From Candidatus Cloacimonadota bacterium (GTDB lineage Bacteria; Hydrothermota; E44-bin80), in assembly GCA_030633565.1 (NCBI GenBank), contig DAOVSH010000001.1, positions 1 through 57,285 on the forward strand: a DNA stretch of 57,285 nucleotides. Direction: 5' to 3'. The position numbers and the translations under genes are program-made. How positions within the stretch are numbered: the stretch's first letter is position 1; each line of letters starts with the position of its first letter. Of this stretch, positions 26,170 to 36,294 are shown piece after piece. The notes beneath the pieces were generated by a model. The model saw nothing but the letters and a program-made list of their open reading frames with translations. It was not told where the DNA came from and did not search any database.

Positions 26170-29043
26170 CTATATTGTTTTAGGACAGAATTCACTATAT
26201 ATACAGAAGGTTTCGCAACCCTGTTTAAATAATGGTTCGAAATTTAATTCCTTTATTTCCTTCCATACACGTTCAATATTTGAAATGAACATTTCAATAG
26301 GAATTTGATTTCTTTCTTCTATAATACAACCTTCCTTACTATTTATCACGTAATATGCTGTTTTTGCTACCTTTCCGATACATTTTTGAACGGCAAGATT
26401 GTAAATAGGAAATTGGAAGCTTTCACCATTCTCAATTTTTCTGTTACTCGGAAGATTGCTCTTACTGCCTGTCTTGTAATCGTAAATTATCAAACCATCG
26501 CTATTTCTATCAATCCTGTCAATTCTGCCAACAAAGCTTAATCTTTCACCATTACACATTATCCATACATCATTCTGGTAAAACTTCCACTCAACATCAA
26601 GAACTGTATGGTTAATATTTTCCATCACTTCAGTTTCGAGAAACTTTTGGAAAAGTGATTTATAATACTTTGATATTAGTTCAAGCCTCATTAGAATTCT
26701 ATCCCTTACTCCCGGTGCCATCTTCTCAATTGTTTCGAGAGCAATTTTTCGCAATTCTTCCCAGTTATTAATATGGTTTGTTTTAATTTTTTTAGAAAGC
26801 CTTCTTTCATAAAAACGTGCAAGGATGTGGTGGATAATTTTACCCTTTATAAGGTTATCAACACCTTCTTCGGGTTCTTCTAATTCTCCAAGATTTAGTA
26901 TGTAACGAAAGAAAAAACTGTATGGGCACCTTTTATACGTTTCAAGGGAAATTGCAGATATTCTATTTGACAATTCATTAATTCTTATTTCTACGTACTT
27001 TCTTAATTCCTCAGAAGAAAACAAAATCTCTTTTATATTTTGTAATCGATTTTCATCCCTGAGCCTTTTTACCGCATCCTTTATTATCGATACTCTGTTT
27101 CTCATATCTTCTAAAAATAAATTTTCATTGAAGCTTTTATCAGTATGTATGATTTCCCCGATACTCATCTGCCATTCCAACAGTGTGTATACCTTATCCT
27201 TAATACCCATATCTTCTTCTTCTTGAATTTCCTGAAGGAATGGGCTTTTTATAAAAACATTACCTTTTTCATCCTTCTCATAGTAAGAACAATAAACCTT
27301 TTTTGCACCTTTAATAATACTTTCAAAGTTAAATTTTGAAAGGGTATAGAGCATATCATAAGTTGGAAACCCCATTTCCTCGAGTAGTTTTTCAGAGAAA
27401 AGAGGATTGTGCTGTGGTTTTCTGGGAAGTTTTCCTTCAACAAGTCCTGTTAAAAAAACCCTGTTAAAATTCATTCCAGCAATCTCTTCAAGGTCCAACA
27501 TCTCTACCCTTGTATCTATCTTCTGTTCTAACGATATTTTCATTGACTCTGAGTACGAGAAAATTATTCTCTGAAAATCCATAATGCCAAATTCCTGAAT
27601 AGTATTTACAAGTGGTTTTCTTTTAATTGAGAGAATAAACCTCAGGAGTGAATTGTATGCTATTATTTCAATATCTTCATCTAATTGTATAAGGTTATTA
27701 AGTATTGAAACGTATTGTTCAATAAATGCTGTCCCCTTTTTTGACTTTAAAATATTAAGTTCTTTTATGAAATTTGAAACTACCCTAAACTTACCTTCCC
27801 TGTCTATTATTCTTTTCCAATCATCACCTGAAACAATCATTTCTTCCCTTGTGACTTTGTCAATTATCATTCGTTCATTATCCTTTAGTATTTTTATATA
27901 AGGTGACATAAGAAAACTTACTACAGCTCTTCTTTTGAAATTTTGATGTATAATCTCGAATATTGCAAGACAGGTTTTTATAACAGGGAATTGAATTAGT
28001 TCTTTTCGAAAAAGTGATGAAGGATGAATCGAATATCGGGGAAAGATTCTTTCAAAGGTTCTTGTATAATTTTCAATTTCAGTGGATATTATGATGATAT
28101 TTTTATCAGGATTTTCATCTTTCACTTTCCTTGCAATTGCATCAACCTCATGCTCTTTTTTTTCGTATTTAAGTAGTTTTATTTCAGGAACAAAATCTGA
28201 TTCCTTTGTTTTGATTTCAATTTCTTCCTTCTCTACATCAATAATTCCTGTTGTTGTGAAACGAGCTCCAGGGAAGGAATAGAAGAAATCAAGCAATGAT
28301 ACAGATTTTGCTTCTTTGTATATCTTCATAAAAAGGTTTTGTTCGATTCTTCTCAGTATTGAAAGATGTTCTATATAAAAAGAGTATTCTTTTAAAATGT
28401 GAGGTTTCAAATGGTCAATAACCCACCATCTTTTATCACTCTCATCAATAATCTCATTGTTACTAAGAAACTCTTCATATAGTGTAAAAACCTTACATAG
28501 TATTGATAACAGTTTCTCATTAAATCTATTTTCTCTATTTAAAAGATCAAAGCAGGATGAATCTTCACGATACGAAATTATACTATCCTTATATTTGAGA
28601 GAAAGATTATATTCTTTAATGTTCTTAATCCATTCGAGAAAGAAGTTTGCCGTTTCGGTAGAGAGTGAGAAATCACCAGTTCTGAAAAGATACTTTCTTC
28701 TATTTAATAGAAGATGACGTATTATAATTTTCGCGTATTCATCTGAAATTAAACGTTTTGCTGTTCTCTCTTCAGGGGGGAGCATATCGTATAAAAGATC
28801 AAATAGTGGTCGAATCGAGACTAACCATGGCTTTATTTTCATAAGATTTTTATTTCTCAAATATTCAATTAACCTCCTTATTTTATCACCGGAATTTGCA
28901 ACATAAATTATTTTTCTTGCCTTCTTCCCATTATCAAGTGAAAAATGGTCTGACGAATAATTGTTTTCTATTAGATTTTTTATAAGGAAGAATTCCTTTT
29001 CTTGATTATCTATTGTAAGCTTGAATATTTTTACTGATTTCAT
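26170..29043 (-). CDS. addB: AddB-type nuclease subunit (PD-(D/E)XK nuclease with C-terminal Fe-S Cys cluster; helicase-like N-domain degenerate)
   Basis: 957 aa. RecB-like nuclease motif GRIDRIDRNSDGLIIYDYKTG. Cys before the nuclease domain (YKRCPY) and a C-terminal CETFCIYSEFCP, as in AddB iron-staple proteins. Upstream of addA. Confidence 0.65.
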   Translation of the reverse strand: MKSVKIFKLTIDNQEKEFFLIKNLIENNYSSDHFSLDNGKKARKIIYVANSGDKIRRLIEYLRNKNLMKIKPWLVSIRPLFDLLYDMLPPEERTAKRLISDEYAKIIIRHLLLNRRKYLFRTGDFSLSTETANFFLEWIKNIKEYNLSLKYKDSIISYREDSSCFDLLNRENRFNEKLLSILCKVFTLYEEFLSNNEIIDESDKRWWVIDHLKPHILKEYSFYIEHLSILRRIEQNLFMKIYKEAKSVSLLDFFYSFPGARFTTTGIIDVEKEEIEIKTKESDFVPEIKLLKYEKKEHEVDAIARKVKDENPDKNIIIISTEIENYTRTFERIFPRYSIHPSSLFRKELIQFPVIKTCLAIFEIIHQNFKRRAVVSFLMSPYIKILKDNERMIIDKVTREEMIVSGDDWKRIIDREGKFRVVSNFIKELNILKSKKGTAFIEQYVSILNNLIQLDEDIEIIAYNSLLRFILSIKRKPLVNTIQEFGIMDFQRIIFSYSESMKISLEQKIDTRVEMLDLEEIAGMNFNRVFLTGLVEGKLPRKPQHNPLFSEKLLEEMGFPTYDMLYTLSKFNFESIIKGAKKVYCSYYEKDEKGNVFIKSPFLQEIQEEEDMGIKDKVYTLLEWQMSIGEIIHTDKSFNENLFLEDMRNRVSIIKDAVKRLRDENRLQNIKEILFSSEELRKYVEIRINELSNRISAISLETYKRCPYSFFFRYILNLGELEEPEEGVDNLIKGKIIHHILARFYERRLSKKIKTNHINNWEELRKIALETIEKMAPGVRDRILMRLELISKYYKSLFQKFLETEVMENINHTVLDVEWKFYQNDVWIMCNGERLSFVGRIDRIDRNSDGLIIYDYKTGSKSNLPSNRKIENGESFQFPIYNLAVQKCIGKVAKTAYYVINSKEGCIIEERNQIPIEMFISNIERVWKEIKELNFEPLFKQGCETFCIYSEFCPKTI

Positions 29044-29236
29044 TTATTATTTATTATCATACAAAAAATAAAATGTAAAGAAAAATAAAATGTAGACATA
29101 GTTTACAACTTTACAGCCTCCGTCCCTAATTTTATAATCTTAATAATAATTAAAATAATACTTGACATATTCAATATTATACTGTATATTGTTAATATGA
29201 ATATTGAATATGTTAACATTTAATCTGGGAGTGAAA

Positions 29237-29587
29237 ATGATTACTAAGTGTCCTGTATGTCATGGAGCGTTGGAGATAAGGGAGCTTGGGTGTAATAAAT
29301 GTGATGTAACTATAAGAGGAAAGTTTCCATTTTCAGGTATTTTTCAATTATCACCCGAACAAATGGAGTTTGTGAAAATCTTTTTAAAATCCAGGGGAAA
29401 TATAAAGGAGGTGGAGAAAGAAGTTGGAATTTCATATCCTACTGTAAGAGGTAAACTGAATGATGTTTTGAAAAGCCTTGGAATGGAGCCTGATAAGAAA
29501 TCTATGAAGAGGGAGGAAGTTCTTGAATCCCTTTCAAAGGGAGATATTACTGCTGAGGAAGCAGTTGAAAAGCTAAAGAAGCTATAA
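29237..29587 (+). CDS. DUF2089-family protein (N-terminal C4 zinc ribbon plus HTH-like region) with a C-terminal SHOCT-like motif
   Basis: MITKCPVCHGALEIRELGCNKCDVTIRG...LSPEQMEFVKIFLKSRGNIKEVEKEVGISYPTVRGKL follows the DUF2089 pattern. The tail is REEVLESLSKGDITAEEAVEKLKKL. GGGAG lies 7 nt before the ATG at 29237; the ORF track starts at 29204. Confidence 0.6.
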   Translation: MITKCPVCHGALEIRELGCNKCDVTIRGKFPFSGIFQLSPEQMEFVKIFLKSRGNIKEVEKEVGISYPTVRGKLNDVLKSLGMEPDKKSMKREEVLESLSKGDITAEEAVEKLKKL

Positions 29588-29589
29588 TT

Positions 29590-29960
29590 AAAGAGAATAC
29601 CTGACGGTGAAAAGAAGAGTGAATTAATGCTATGCATTGGAAGTAATCCTTCGACTTCTCAGTTCGAGTCCCTCACTACAAGCTCAGGATGGAAGATATC
29701 CTTCGATTATCTCAGGATGGAAGTTAACCTTCGGCTGGAAGAAGCTGTTACATTATATTGAATTGCAAGTTAAAAGGAGAAAAATTGTTTGATTGGTTAT
29801 GAGAACATATCGTAATTAAGTAATTTGGTAATTGAGTAATTAACAGATAAGATTGCTTCATAAGAAAATATGAAAGTGTATTCGCAATGACAAACTAACT
29901 GACTAAACGACAATAACGATCAAAACGCTCTAAACGAACTAAACGGTGTTATCTATTAAC
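29590..29960 (+). repeat. Copy B of the modular intergenic repeat family
   Basis: It begins 3 nt after the DUF2089 gene stop. The modules gagtgaattaatgctatgcattggaagtaa, ccttcgacttctcagttcgagtccctcactacaagctcaggatggaagatatccttcgattatctcaggatggaagttaaccttcgg, gtaattaagtaatttggtaattgagtaattaacagataag and ...aaacgctctaaacgaactaaacg are shared with copies A, C and D. Confidence 0.85.
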
Positions 29961-29997
29961 TTAAAAACTCAATAACTAAGTAAAGGAGGTGTAGAAG

Positions 29998-30747
29998 ATG
30001 AATGAGAGAATGAAGATATTGAAAATGCTTGAGGAAGGAAAAATAACAGCTGATGAAGCAGCAAAATTGCTTGAAGCAGTTGGAAAGGAGAAGAAGAAAG
30101 ATATTGGTTCAAAAGTTGTTAACGGGATAATGGATGGTGTTTCTTCCATTGTAGGAGCCATACCGGGAACGATTGGTAGTGTTTTTTGTTGTACAATGGG
30201 AGAAGAAAAGGAAATAAAGGTAGAAAAAGGTGATGCATTTATACTGAAATCAGTTGGTTCTTCCATTAAACTCTCTCACAACGATAAGGATGAATTTATA
30301 CTGAAACCAAGTTCTGGTTTGATAAAATCAAAAAAAGAAAATTCCACAATTACATCAAAGATAGTTGGAGGTTCGGTGAAGATTCTCTATCCTTCAAGTT
30401 TATCTGTATCTATAAAGGATGCAGGGGGAACAATTGAGGGAGTTGGTAGTGCAGTATTGTCGCTTAAGCAGGTAGGAGGCTCTACACAATTAACATTCGA
30501 TGAAATAGAAGATGTAAATATAGATTCTAAAGGAGGATCGGTTACTCTCTATGTAGGTGACTGTGATGTTGCATTTGATATTTCTGCACCGAACGGAGAA
30601 GTTGAATTTGATGTTCCTGCAAAGTTTACGGTGGAAAAAGAAGATGAAGTAAAGGGAACAATAAAAAAAGGGAAAGGGAAGCTTTTTATCTATGCATCTT
30701 ATGGTAATGTTTCTGTTTTGCCCTTAAAAGAAAAGGAGGAGAAATGA
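29998..30747 (+). CDS. N-terminal SHOCT-like motif plus DUF4097-like all-beta domain protein (LiaF/YvlB-type putative stress-response protein)
   Basis: 249 aa. N-terminal MNERMKILKMLEEGKITADEAAKLLEAVG. Then repetitive beta-strand segments (GGSVKILYPSS..., GSVTLYVGDCDV..., GNVSVLPLKE) typical of DUF4097. Confidence 0.5.
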   Translation: MNERMKILKMLEEGKITADEAAKLLEAVGKEKKKDIGSKVVNGIMDGVSSIVGAIPGTIGSVFCCTMGEEKEIKVEKGDAFILKSVGSSIKLSHNDKDEFILKPSSGLIKSKKENSTITSKIVGGSVKILYPSSLSVSIKDAGGTIEGVGSAVLSLKQVGGSTQLTFDEIEDVNIDSKGGSVTLYVGDCDVAFDISAPNGEVEFDVPAKFTVEKEDEVKGTIKKGKGKLFIYASYGNVSVLPLKEKEEK

Positions 30748-31004
30748 GTTTAAGAATTTGGGGACCTATAATACTCATCGCACTTGGTGTTCTTTTCTGG
30801 CTTGGTAAATTTGGTATCATTGATTTTTACTGGAGCAGGGATTGGCCAGTTATTCTTATAGTAATTGGTGTTTTCTCTCTTATTAATCTAATAGTCAAAA
30901 AAACGAGGAGAAGAAGTTCCAGGAACAAAAGAGATATATTAACCAAACTCGAAAACGGTAAGATAGATGCGGAAGAGGCAATAAAAAGAATAAAGAGGCT
31001 GTAA
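30744..31004 (+). CDS. Small two-TM membrane protein (LiaF/DUF2154-like N-domain) with a C-terminal SHOCT-like motif
   Basis: 86 aa: two hydrophobic helices (IILIALGVLFWL..., PVILIVIGVFSLINLIV), a basic stretch, then RDILTKLENGKIDAEEAIKRIKRL. Its start overlaps the upstream gene as ATGA. Confidence 0.5.
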   Translation: MSLRIWGPIILIALGVLFWLGKFGIIDFYWSRDWPVILIVIGVFSLINLIVKKTRRRSSRNKRDILTKLENGKIDAEEAIKRIKRL

Positions 31005-31095
31005 TAATAAGACAGAAGACAGATAGAAAGAGAGTAAGGAGTAGGTAGTAGGGAGTGAGCAGTAAACAACAAAAAAAATAAAAAAGGAGGAAGAA

Positions 31096-31491
31096 ATGGA
31101 CGAAAAATTAAAGATATTAAAAATGCTGGAGGATGGCAAGATTTCCAGTGAACAAGCCAATAAATTACTTGAAGCCATCGAAAATAAATCCAATAATATA
31201 GAAAGTAAAGCCAAATGGTTGAAAGTTAAAGTTATTGAAGATGGTTGCCAGAAAGTTAACATAAAGATTCCCTTAAAAGTAATAAGAATTGCAGCGAAGA
31301 TCGGTGGAAAATTAAACATTAATCTTCCAGAAGAAGCAAAGGAAAAACTTGCTGAGAAGGGGATAAACCTTGAAAAAATTGATGATGTTGAAAAATTAAA
31401 TGAGATACTTGAAGAGATTGAAAAAGAAGCACCATTTGAACTTGTAAATGTCGATGAAGGGACAAAAAAAGTTTTTGTTTATATTGAATAG
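31096..31491 (+). CDS. Small acidic protein with an N-terminal SHOCT-like motif
   Basis: 131 aa. N-terminal MDEKLKILKMLEDGKISSEQANKLLEAIENKS, nearly identical to the N-terminus of the 29998 gene. Strong GGAGG Shine-Dalgarno. Followed by a terminator. Confidence 0.45.
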   Translation: MDEKLKILKMLEDGKISSEQANKLLEAIENKSNNIESKAKWLKVKVIEDGCQKVNIKIPLKVIRIAAKIGGKLNINLPEEAKEKLAEKGINLEKIDDVEKLNEILEEIEKEAPFELVNVDEGTKKVFVYIE

Positions 31492-31502
31492 AACGTAAAA
31501 AG

Positions 31503-31534
31503 AAAAGCGGGGTTAAAAACCCCGCTTTTTTTAT
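31503..31534 (+). terminator. Rho-independent terminator ending the SHOCT cluster
   Basis: AAAGCGGGGTTaaaAACCCCGCTTTTTTTATT, 12 nt after the stop at 31491. Confidence 0.7.
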
Positions 31535-31656
31535 TAATAGAATAAAATTCTGTTGAGCTATTTCTTGTATTTTTCATATTTTTTCTTGACATTTTTGCAA
31601 ATTTATGCTATATTTATATTTAGAAAAGATAGTAATGAAAGGAGTGATAAAAAAAC

Positions 31657-31848
31657 GTGCCTGCAATTAAGATAAGAGATGGCGAAAGTTTTGAAAGTGC
31701 TCTTCGAAGATTTAAGAGAATCTGTGAGCAGGAAGGAATACTAAGCGATATTAGAAAACACCAACATTTCGAAAAACCTAGCGAAAAAAAGAAAAAAAGA
31801 ATACTTGCTGCCAAAAGAAAAATCAAACGTTTTGGCTCATTTCACTAA
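31657..31848 (+). CDS. rpsU: 30S ribosomal protein S21
   Basis: 63 aa. Translation MPAIKIRDGESFESALRRFKRICEQEGILSDIRKHQHFEKPSEKKKKR... shows the conserved S21 ALRRFKR core. GTG start preceded by AAGGAG. Confidence 0.85.
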   Translation: MPAIKIRDGESFESALRRFKRICEQEGILSDIRKHQHFEKPSEKKKKRILAAKRKIKRFGSFH

Positions 31849-31974
31849 TTAAAAAAGGATTTTATTTTACAGTCAGCTATAAACCACGTAGGACAGAGAT
31901 TTAGTATACAAGTTAATTTACTTACTTAGTATATCTAAAATCTCTATTGTTTTTGTGGTAAATTTTAACCATAG

Positions 31975-34302
31975 ATGTCTTTTACCCCTGAAATTCTAAA
32001 ATTATTAGAATTTAACAAGTTAAAGGAAATCATTTCCTCTTTCTCTTTTTCCATTCTGGGAAGAGAGACTATTCTTTCTATAGTTCCTTATAAAGATAGA
32101 AATAAGAGAAAAGAGACAATATCCCTTGTTAAAGGGTTTAGATTACTGTTTAGTTCCGGACGAAACTTTCCTGTCCCAGATGATAATGATATTAGGCCGC
32201 TTATTAAAAAATTAGAAGAAGGTGCTTATCACCTATCACTGAATGAGCTTATACTCGCAGGCAAAATTACAGAAGATTACAAAAATGTAGGTAATTTTCT
32301 AAGCAAACTTTCCAGTGAGTTTAGAACTTTATCGAAACTCGGTTCGGTTTTAAAGAATCTTCCAGATTTATACAAAAAGGTCCAAGGTATTGTTGATGAA
32401 CATGGAGGAATAAAGGATAGTGCATCTGATGAGCTAAGATCTATAAGAACCGGTTTTAGAAAAATGCATCAGAAGCTTTTACGTGCTGCAAATAAGCTTA
32501 TCTCAGAAAAAAAGAGGTTTCTTCAGGAGGAGATATTTACTACAAAAGATAAAAGGATTGTCCTTCCAGTTATTTTTTCAAAAAAGAACAATGTTCCAGG
32601 TATTGTCCACAGCACATCTCAAACTCAGAATACCGTTTTTATCGAGCCGATTGAGTTGGTTGAAATGAACAACGAATATGCTACGTTTAAACTGAGAGAA
32701 GAGAGAGAAATAAAACGGATATTGAGGAGATTGACAGAGAATATTATTGAAAATATTAGTTGTTATGAGAAATCTATCGAAGAAATGAAAAAAATTGATA
32801 TGTTATATTCACTTGCATCTTTTTCCGAAGAATATAACTACTCGGCTCCTACTTTTTCAGATGAGATGTATCTTTCGATAAGAGGAGGAATGCATCCACT
32901 GCTTTTAATAAATAAAGGAAGGGAAGAAGTTATTCCTTTTGATATCAGACTTGGTGAAAACTCAAAAGTTATTCTTATCAGTGGACCAAACATGGGAGGG
33001 AAAACTGTACTTTTAAAGAGCATTGGAATAATTACACTTATGGCTTATGCCGGTATGCACATACCTGCTAACGACGATTCGGTTATCCCTGAAATTGATT
33101 GCATTTTTGCTGATATTGGTGATGAGCAATCAATTGAAATGAACCTGTCAACATTTTCGTCTCATATCAATAATATAAGCATTGCACTCAGAAATTCAAC
33201 AGAGAGGTCTTTTGTTCTTCTTGATGAAGTAGGTGTTGGAACAGATCCTGAAGAGGGAATGGGGATTGCAATGGCAACACTGGAAAGGTTGGCTGAAAAA
33301 GGTGTTCTAACATTTGCAACAACACATTATGGAAAACTCAAACATTTTGTTGCAGGGAAAGAGAATATGGAAAATGCTTCAATGGATTTCGACAGTGAAA
33401 ATGGAGTCCCGACTTACCACCTATCCTATGGAATTCCTGGTTCATCACATGGTTTTGCAATTGCTGAAAAGGTGGGTTTTCCAACCGAGCTTTTAAGAAA
33501 GGCAAAATCTTACGTTGATGAGAATGAATTGAAGACTGATGAATTGATATGTTCTCTCGAGGAATTAATGAAGCAGGTTAAGAATAACCAAAATATTGTA
33601 AATGAAGAGAAGGAAAAATATAATATACTATTTGATAAATATAATAAGAAATATAATGAAATTAAAAGTAAGGAGAAGGAACTCATCAAGAATGCAAAAA
33701 AACGTACAGAAGAGATCGTTTACGCGACGCGAAAGGAGATGGAAAATCTTATTAAGACAATACGAGAATCACAGGCAACAAAAGAGAGTATAATGAAGGC
33801 AAAGAAGGTGATATCTGAGAAGATCAAAGGTTTTGAAGAGGAACAAGAAATTAAAACTGAAAAGAAATTTGATATTGGTGACTTTGTATATTCTAATAAA
33901 TTAAAAATATCAGGAGTAGTGAAGGAAATTTTGGACGGGTTTGCTAAGGTTGAAACAGAAAAATTTCGTTTTTTAGCACCTTTTAATACTTTAGAGGTAA
34001 AAATACGTGAGAGAAAGAGTGAAGATAGAGATATTGTGATTGTTGATAGGAATAAATTAAACTTTGAGATTGATATAAGAGGTCTTTTTGTTGAAGAAGC
34101 TGAGATGAGAGTAACTAAATTCATTGATGATGCAGTATTATCAGGAGTATTAACTATATACATAATTCACGGTAAAGGCAGTGGTGTTTTGAGAAAGGCG
34201 ATTGGAACGCTTCTTAAGAAAGATAAAAGAATAGATGAATATAGGCTTGGGTACTGGAATGAAGGAGGAAGCGGTGTAACAATTGCAAATTTAAAAAAAT
34301 AA
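31975..34302 (+). CDS. mutS2: Endonuclease MutS2 (MutS-family ATPase with C-terminal Smr domain)
   Basis: 775 aa. Walker A GPNMGGKTVLLKSIG and MutS signature. C-terminal Smr domain (IDIRGLFVEEAEMRV...IIHGKGSGVLRKAI). Confidence 0.85.
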   Translation: MSFTPEILKLLEFNKLKEIISSFSFSILGRETILSIVPYKDRNKRKETISLVKGFRLLFSSGRNFPVPDDNDIRPLIKKLEEGAYHLSLNELILAGKITEDYKNVGNFLSKLSSEFRTLSKLGSVLKNLPDLYKKVQGIVDEHGGIKDSASDELRSIRTGFRKMHQKLLRAANKLISEKKRFLQEEIFTTKDKRIVLPVIFSKKNNVPGIVHSTSQTQNTVFIEPIELVEMNNEYATFKLREEREIKRILRRLTENIIENISCYEKSIEEMKKIDMLYSLASFSEEYNYSAPTFSDEMYLSIRGGMHPLLLINKGREEVIPFDIRLGENSKVILISGPNMGGKTVLLKSIGIITLMAYAGMHIPANDDSVIPEIDCIFADIGDEQSIEMNLSTFSSHINNISIALRNSTERSFVLLDEVGVGTDPEEGMGIAMATLERLAEKGVLTFATTHYGKLKHFVAGKENMENASMDFDSENGVPTYHLSYGIPGSSHGFAIAEKVGFPTELLRKAKSYVDENELKTDELICSLEELMKQVKNNQNIVNEEKEKYNILFDKYNKKYNEIKSKEKELIKNAKKRTEEIVYATRKEMENLIKTIRESQATKESIMKAKKVISEKIKGFEEEQEIKTEKKFDIGDFVYSNKLKISGVVKEILDGFAKVETEKFRFLAPFNTLEVKIRERKSEDRDIVIVDRNKLNFEIDIRGLFVEEAEMRVTKFIDDAVLSGVLTIYIIHGKGSGVLRKAIGTLLKKDKRIDEYRLGYWNEGGSGVTIANLKK

Positions 34303-34524
34303 AAAAAAAGTTGCAAAAGCTATATTTAGCAATTATATTGTAGTAAATGTATAAAGGAAGAAAAAAATAGTTTTAAACCGTACTTTAACTCCAGGTATTC
34401 TTGTGATTTACAATTTTAATGCATCTTTTATTTCTTAAAACACATTTTCACTACTTGTTCGTTATGTTTATATTTCATAGATGGGAACGTGCGGGTAAAT
34501 GCCAATTGTCTTGAAGTTTTAATA

Positions 34525-36294
34525 ATGTCAAGTTTTTATTTAAATCAGGAGAAAATTGAGGAAGTCAGGGAGTCAGCTGATATTGTAGATATAATCAGCG
34601 AATATATCCCTATTAAAAAGACAGGAAAAAATTATACAGGGCTATGCCCTTTTCATTCTGAGAAAAAACCATCATTCACGGTTTCACCTATAAAACAATT
34701 ATACCATTGCTTCGGGTGTGGTGCAAGCGGGAATGTGATTACTTTTGTAATGAACTACGAATCTGTATCGTTCATTGAAGCAATTGAAATACTTGCAAAA
34801 AAATATGGCATAACGCTTAAAAAAAAGTCTGCTTATAGTGAAGATAAGAAAAAGCAAGAAATAATCAATGCAAATGAGTTTGCATTTAAGCATTTTAAAA
34901 ATAATTTATTTTCTGAATCAGGAAAACACGCACTTGAGTACTTAAAAAAACGGGAAATAAATCTGGATACGATAGAGAAATTTGGATTAGGTTATGCTCC
35001 AGAAGGATGGGATAATCTATTACGAGCAGCTCAAAAAGAGGGTATATCAAATAAAATACTAATTTCTGCTGGTCTTATCGTCGAAAATGAAAAAGGTAAA
35101 TTATATGATAGGTTTAGAAAACGCATTATATTCACTTTCTACAACTCAATTGGAAAGAAAATCGGATTTGCAGGAAGGAATTTGGGAGATGAAATGCCAA
35201 AGTATCTTAACATTTCTGAATCCCCATTATATAAAAAGAGATATACTCTTTATGGTCTTTATCAGTCTAAAGAAGAAATAAGAAAACTTGATAAATGTCT
35301 TATTGTTGAAGGTTATATGGACGTACTTGCATTATATCAAGCAGGGTTCAAAAATACTGTCGCAATTTCCGGCACATCACTGACTGATGAACAGGCAAAA
35401 TTTATTAGGAAATATACAAGAAATATCTATATATCTTTTGATGCTGATAAACCCGGTAAGGAAGCAACTTTAAGGGGTATTTCGATTTTTATACAAAATG
35501 GGCTTATACCCTACATAATGACTCTTGTTAAAGGTAAAGATCCTGATGAAATAGTAAAAAAAGAAGGAAAGGAGATATTTCAAAAAATCGTTGATGCCGC
35601 AGAACACTTTATCGATTTTAAAATGAGGTTCTTACTATCAAAATATAATTTATATAATGCAGTTGAAAAAGCCCAGGTTGTAAGAGAAATAGGTAAGACT
35701 TTGATGCAGGTTAGAGATTTAACCGAAAGACAAATGTGGTTAAGCAACGTTTCTAGGAAGTTATCAGTTGACGAGTCCATTTTGATAATAAATACGAAAA
35801 AATCAAGTAGAGAACAATTTATTCCTTATGTTTCGTCTTTGAATGAGATATGTCATGATCTAGTAGCAATGCTTTCACTGAAACCTGAACGATATGAAGA
35901 GGTTGCAAAAGTTTTTAAAGAGGAGGAATTGCTCGACGAAACCTCACAAAGAATCCTATCCTATATAGGAGGAAAAGTATTAAATATAGATGAAATTTGT
36001 ATAGCAGATATTGTTAACTTAATAGAAGACAGAGATGAGAGGAAAAGGGTGTCCTCAACCGTTTTTAATATTAAAGATGATATCAAAGAAGAGGATTTCG
36101 CGAAAATGATTGATCAGTATATTATTCATATAAAAGCTGATAGATTGAAAGAAAGATGGAAAAGTATCAGACAAGAAATAAAAAGTAGGGGGGGGGATAT
36201 CGAGGGAGTAAGAACCCTTTTAGAAGAACAGAGAAGAATTGCTTCAATATTAAAAAACTTAGGAGGGAATGTTGTTAGCGAAAAGAGTGTTTAA
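34525..36294 (+). CDS. dnaG: DNA primase DnaG
   Basis: CHC2 zinc finger ([32 protein letters not shown]), TOPRIM domain ([21 protein letters not shown]), and a C-terminal DnaB-interaction region. The start is chosen at MSSFYL (34525); the ORF track uses a GTG at 34489. Confidence 0.85.
   Translation: MSSFYLNQEKIEEVRESADIVDIISEYIPIKKTGKNYTGLCPFHSEKKPSFTVSPIKQLYHCFGCGASGNVITFVMNYESVSFIEAIEILAKKYGITLKKKSAYSEDKKKQEIINANEFAFKHFKNNLFSESGKHALEYLKKREINLDTIEKFGLGYAPEGWDNLLRAAQKEGISNKILISAGLIVENEKGKLYDRFRKRIIFTFYNSIGKKIGFAGRNLGDEMPKYLNISESPLYKKRYTLYGLYQSKEEIRKLDKCLIVEGYMDVLALYQAGFKNTVAISGTSLTDEQAKFIRKYTRNIYISFDADKPGKEATLRGISIFIQNGLIPYIMTLVKGKDPDEIVKKEGKEIFQKIVDAAEHFIDFKMRFLLSKYNLYNAVEKAQVVREIGKTLMQVRDLTERQMWLSNVSRKLSVDESILIINTKKSSREQFIPYVSSLNEICHDLVAMLSLKPERYEEVAKVFKEEELLDETSQRILSYIGGKVLNIDEICIADIVNLIEDRDERKRVSSTVFNIKDDIKEEDFAKMIDQYIIHIKADRLKERWKSIRQEIKSRGGDIEGVRTLLEEQRRIASILKNLGGNVVSEKSV

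Noticed and set aside
29640-29670. tRNA-like T-arm (cagttcgagtccctcac) inside the repeat module
   Set aside because: The flanking sequence does not form acceptor, D or anticodon stems. At most it is a tRNA-derived fragment within the repeat, not a tRNA gene.
29976-31319. Minus-strand ORFs of 96, 81 and 126 aa antisense to the SHOCT cluster
   Set aside because: Low-complexity Ser/Phe/Ile-rich translations produced by the AT-rich antisense of Lys/Glu-rich genes. The sense-strand genes have RBSs, overlaps and a terminator.
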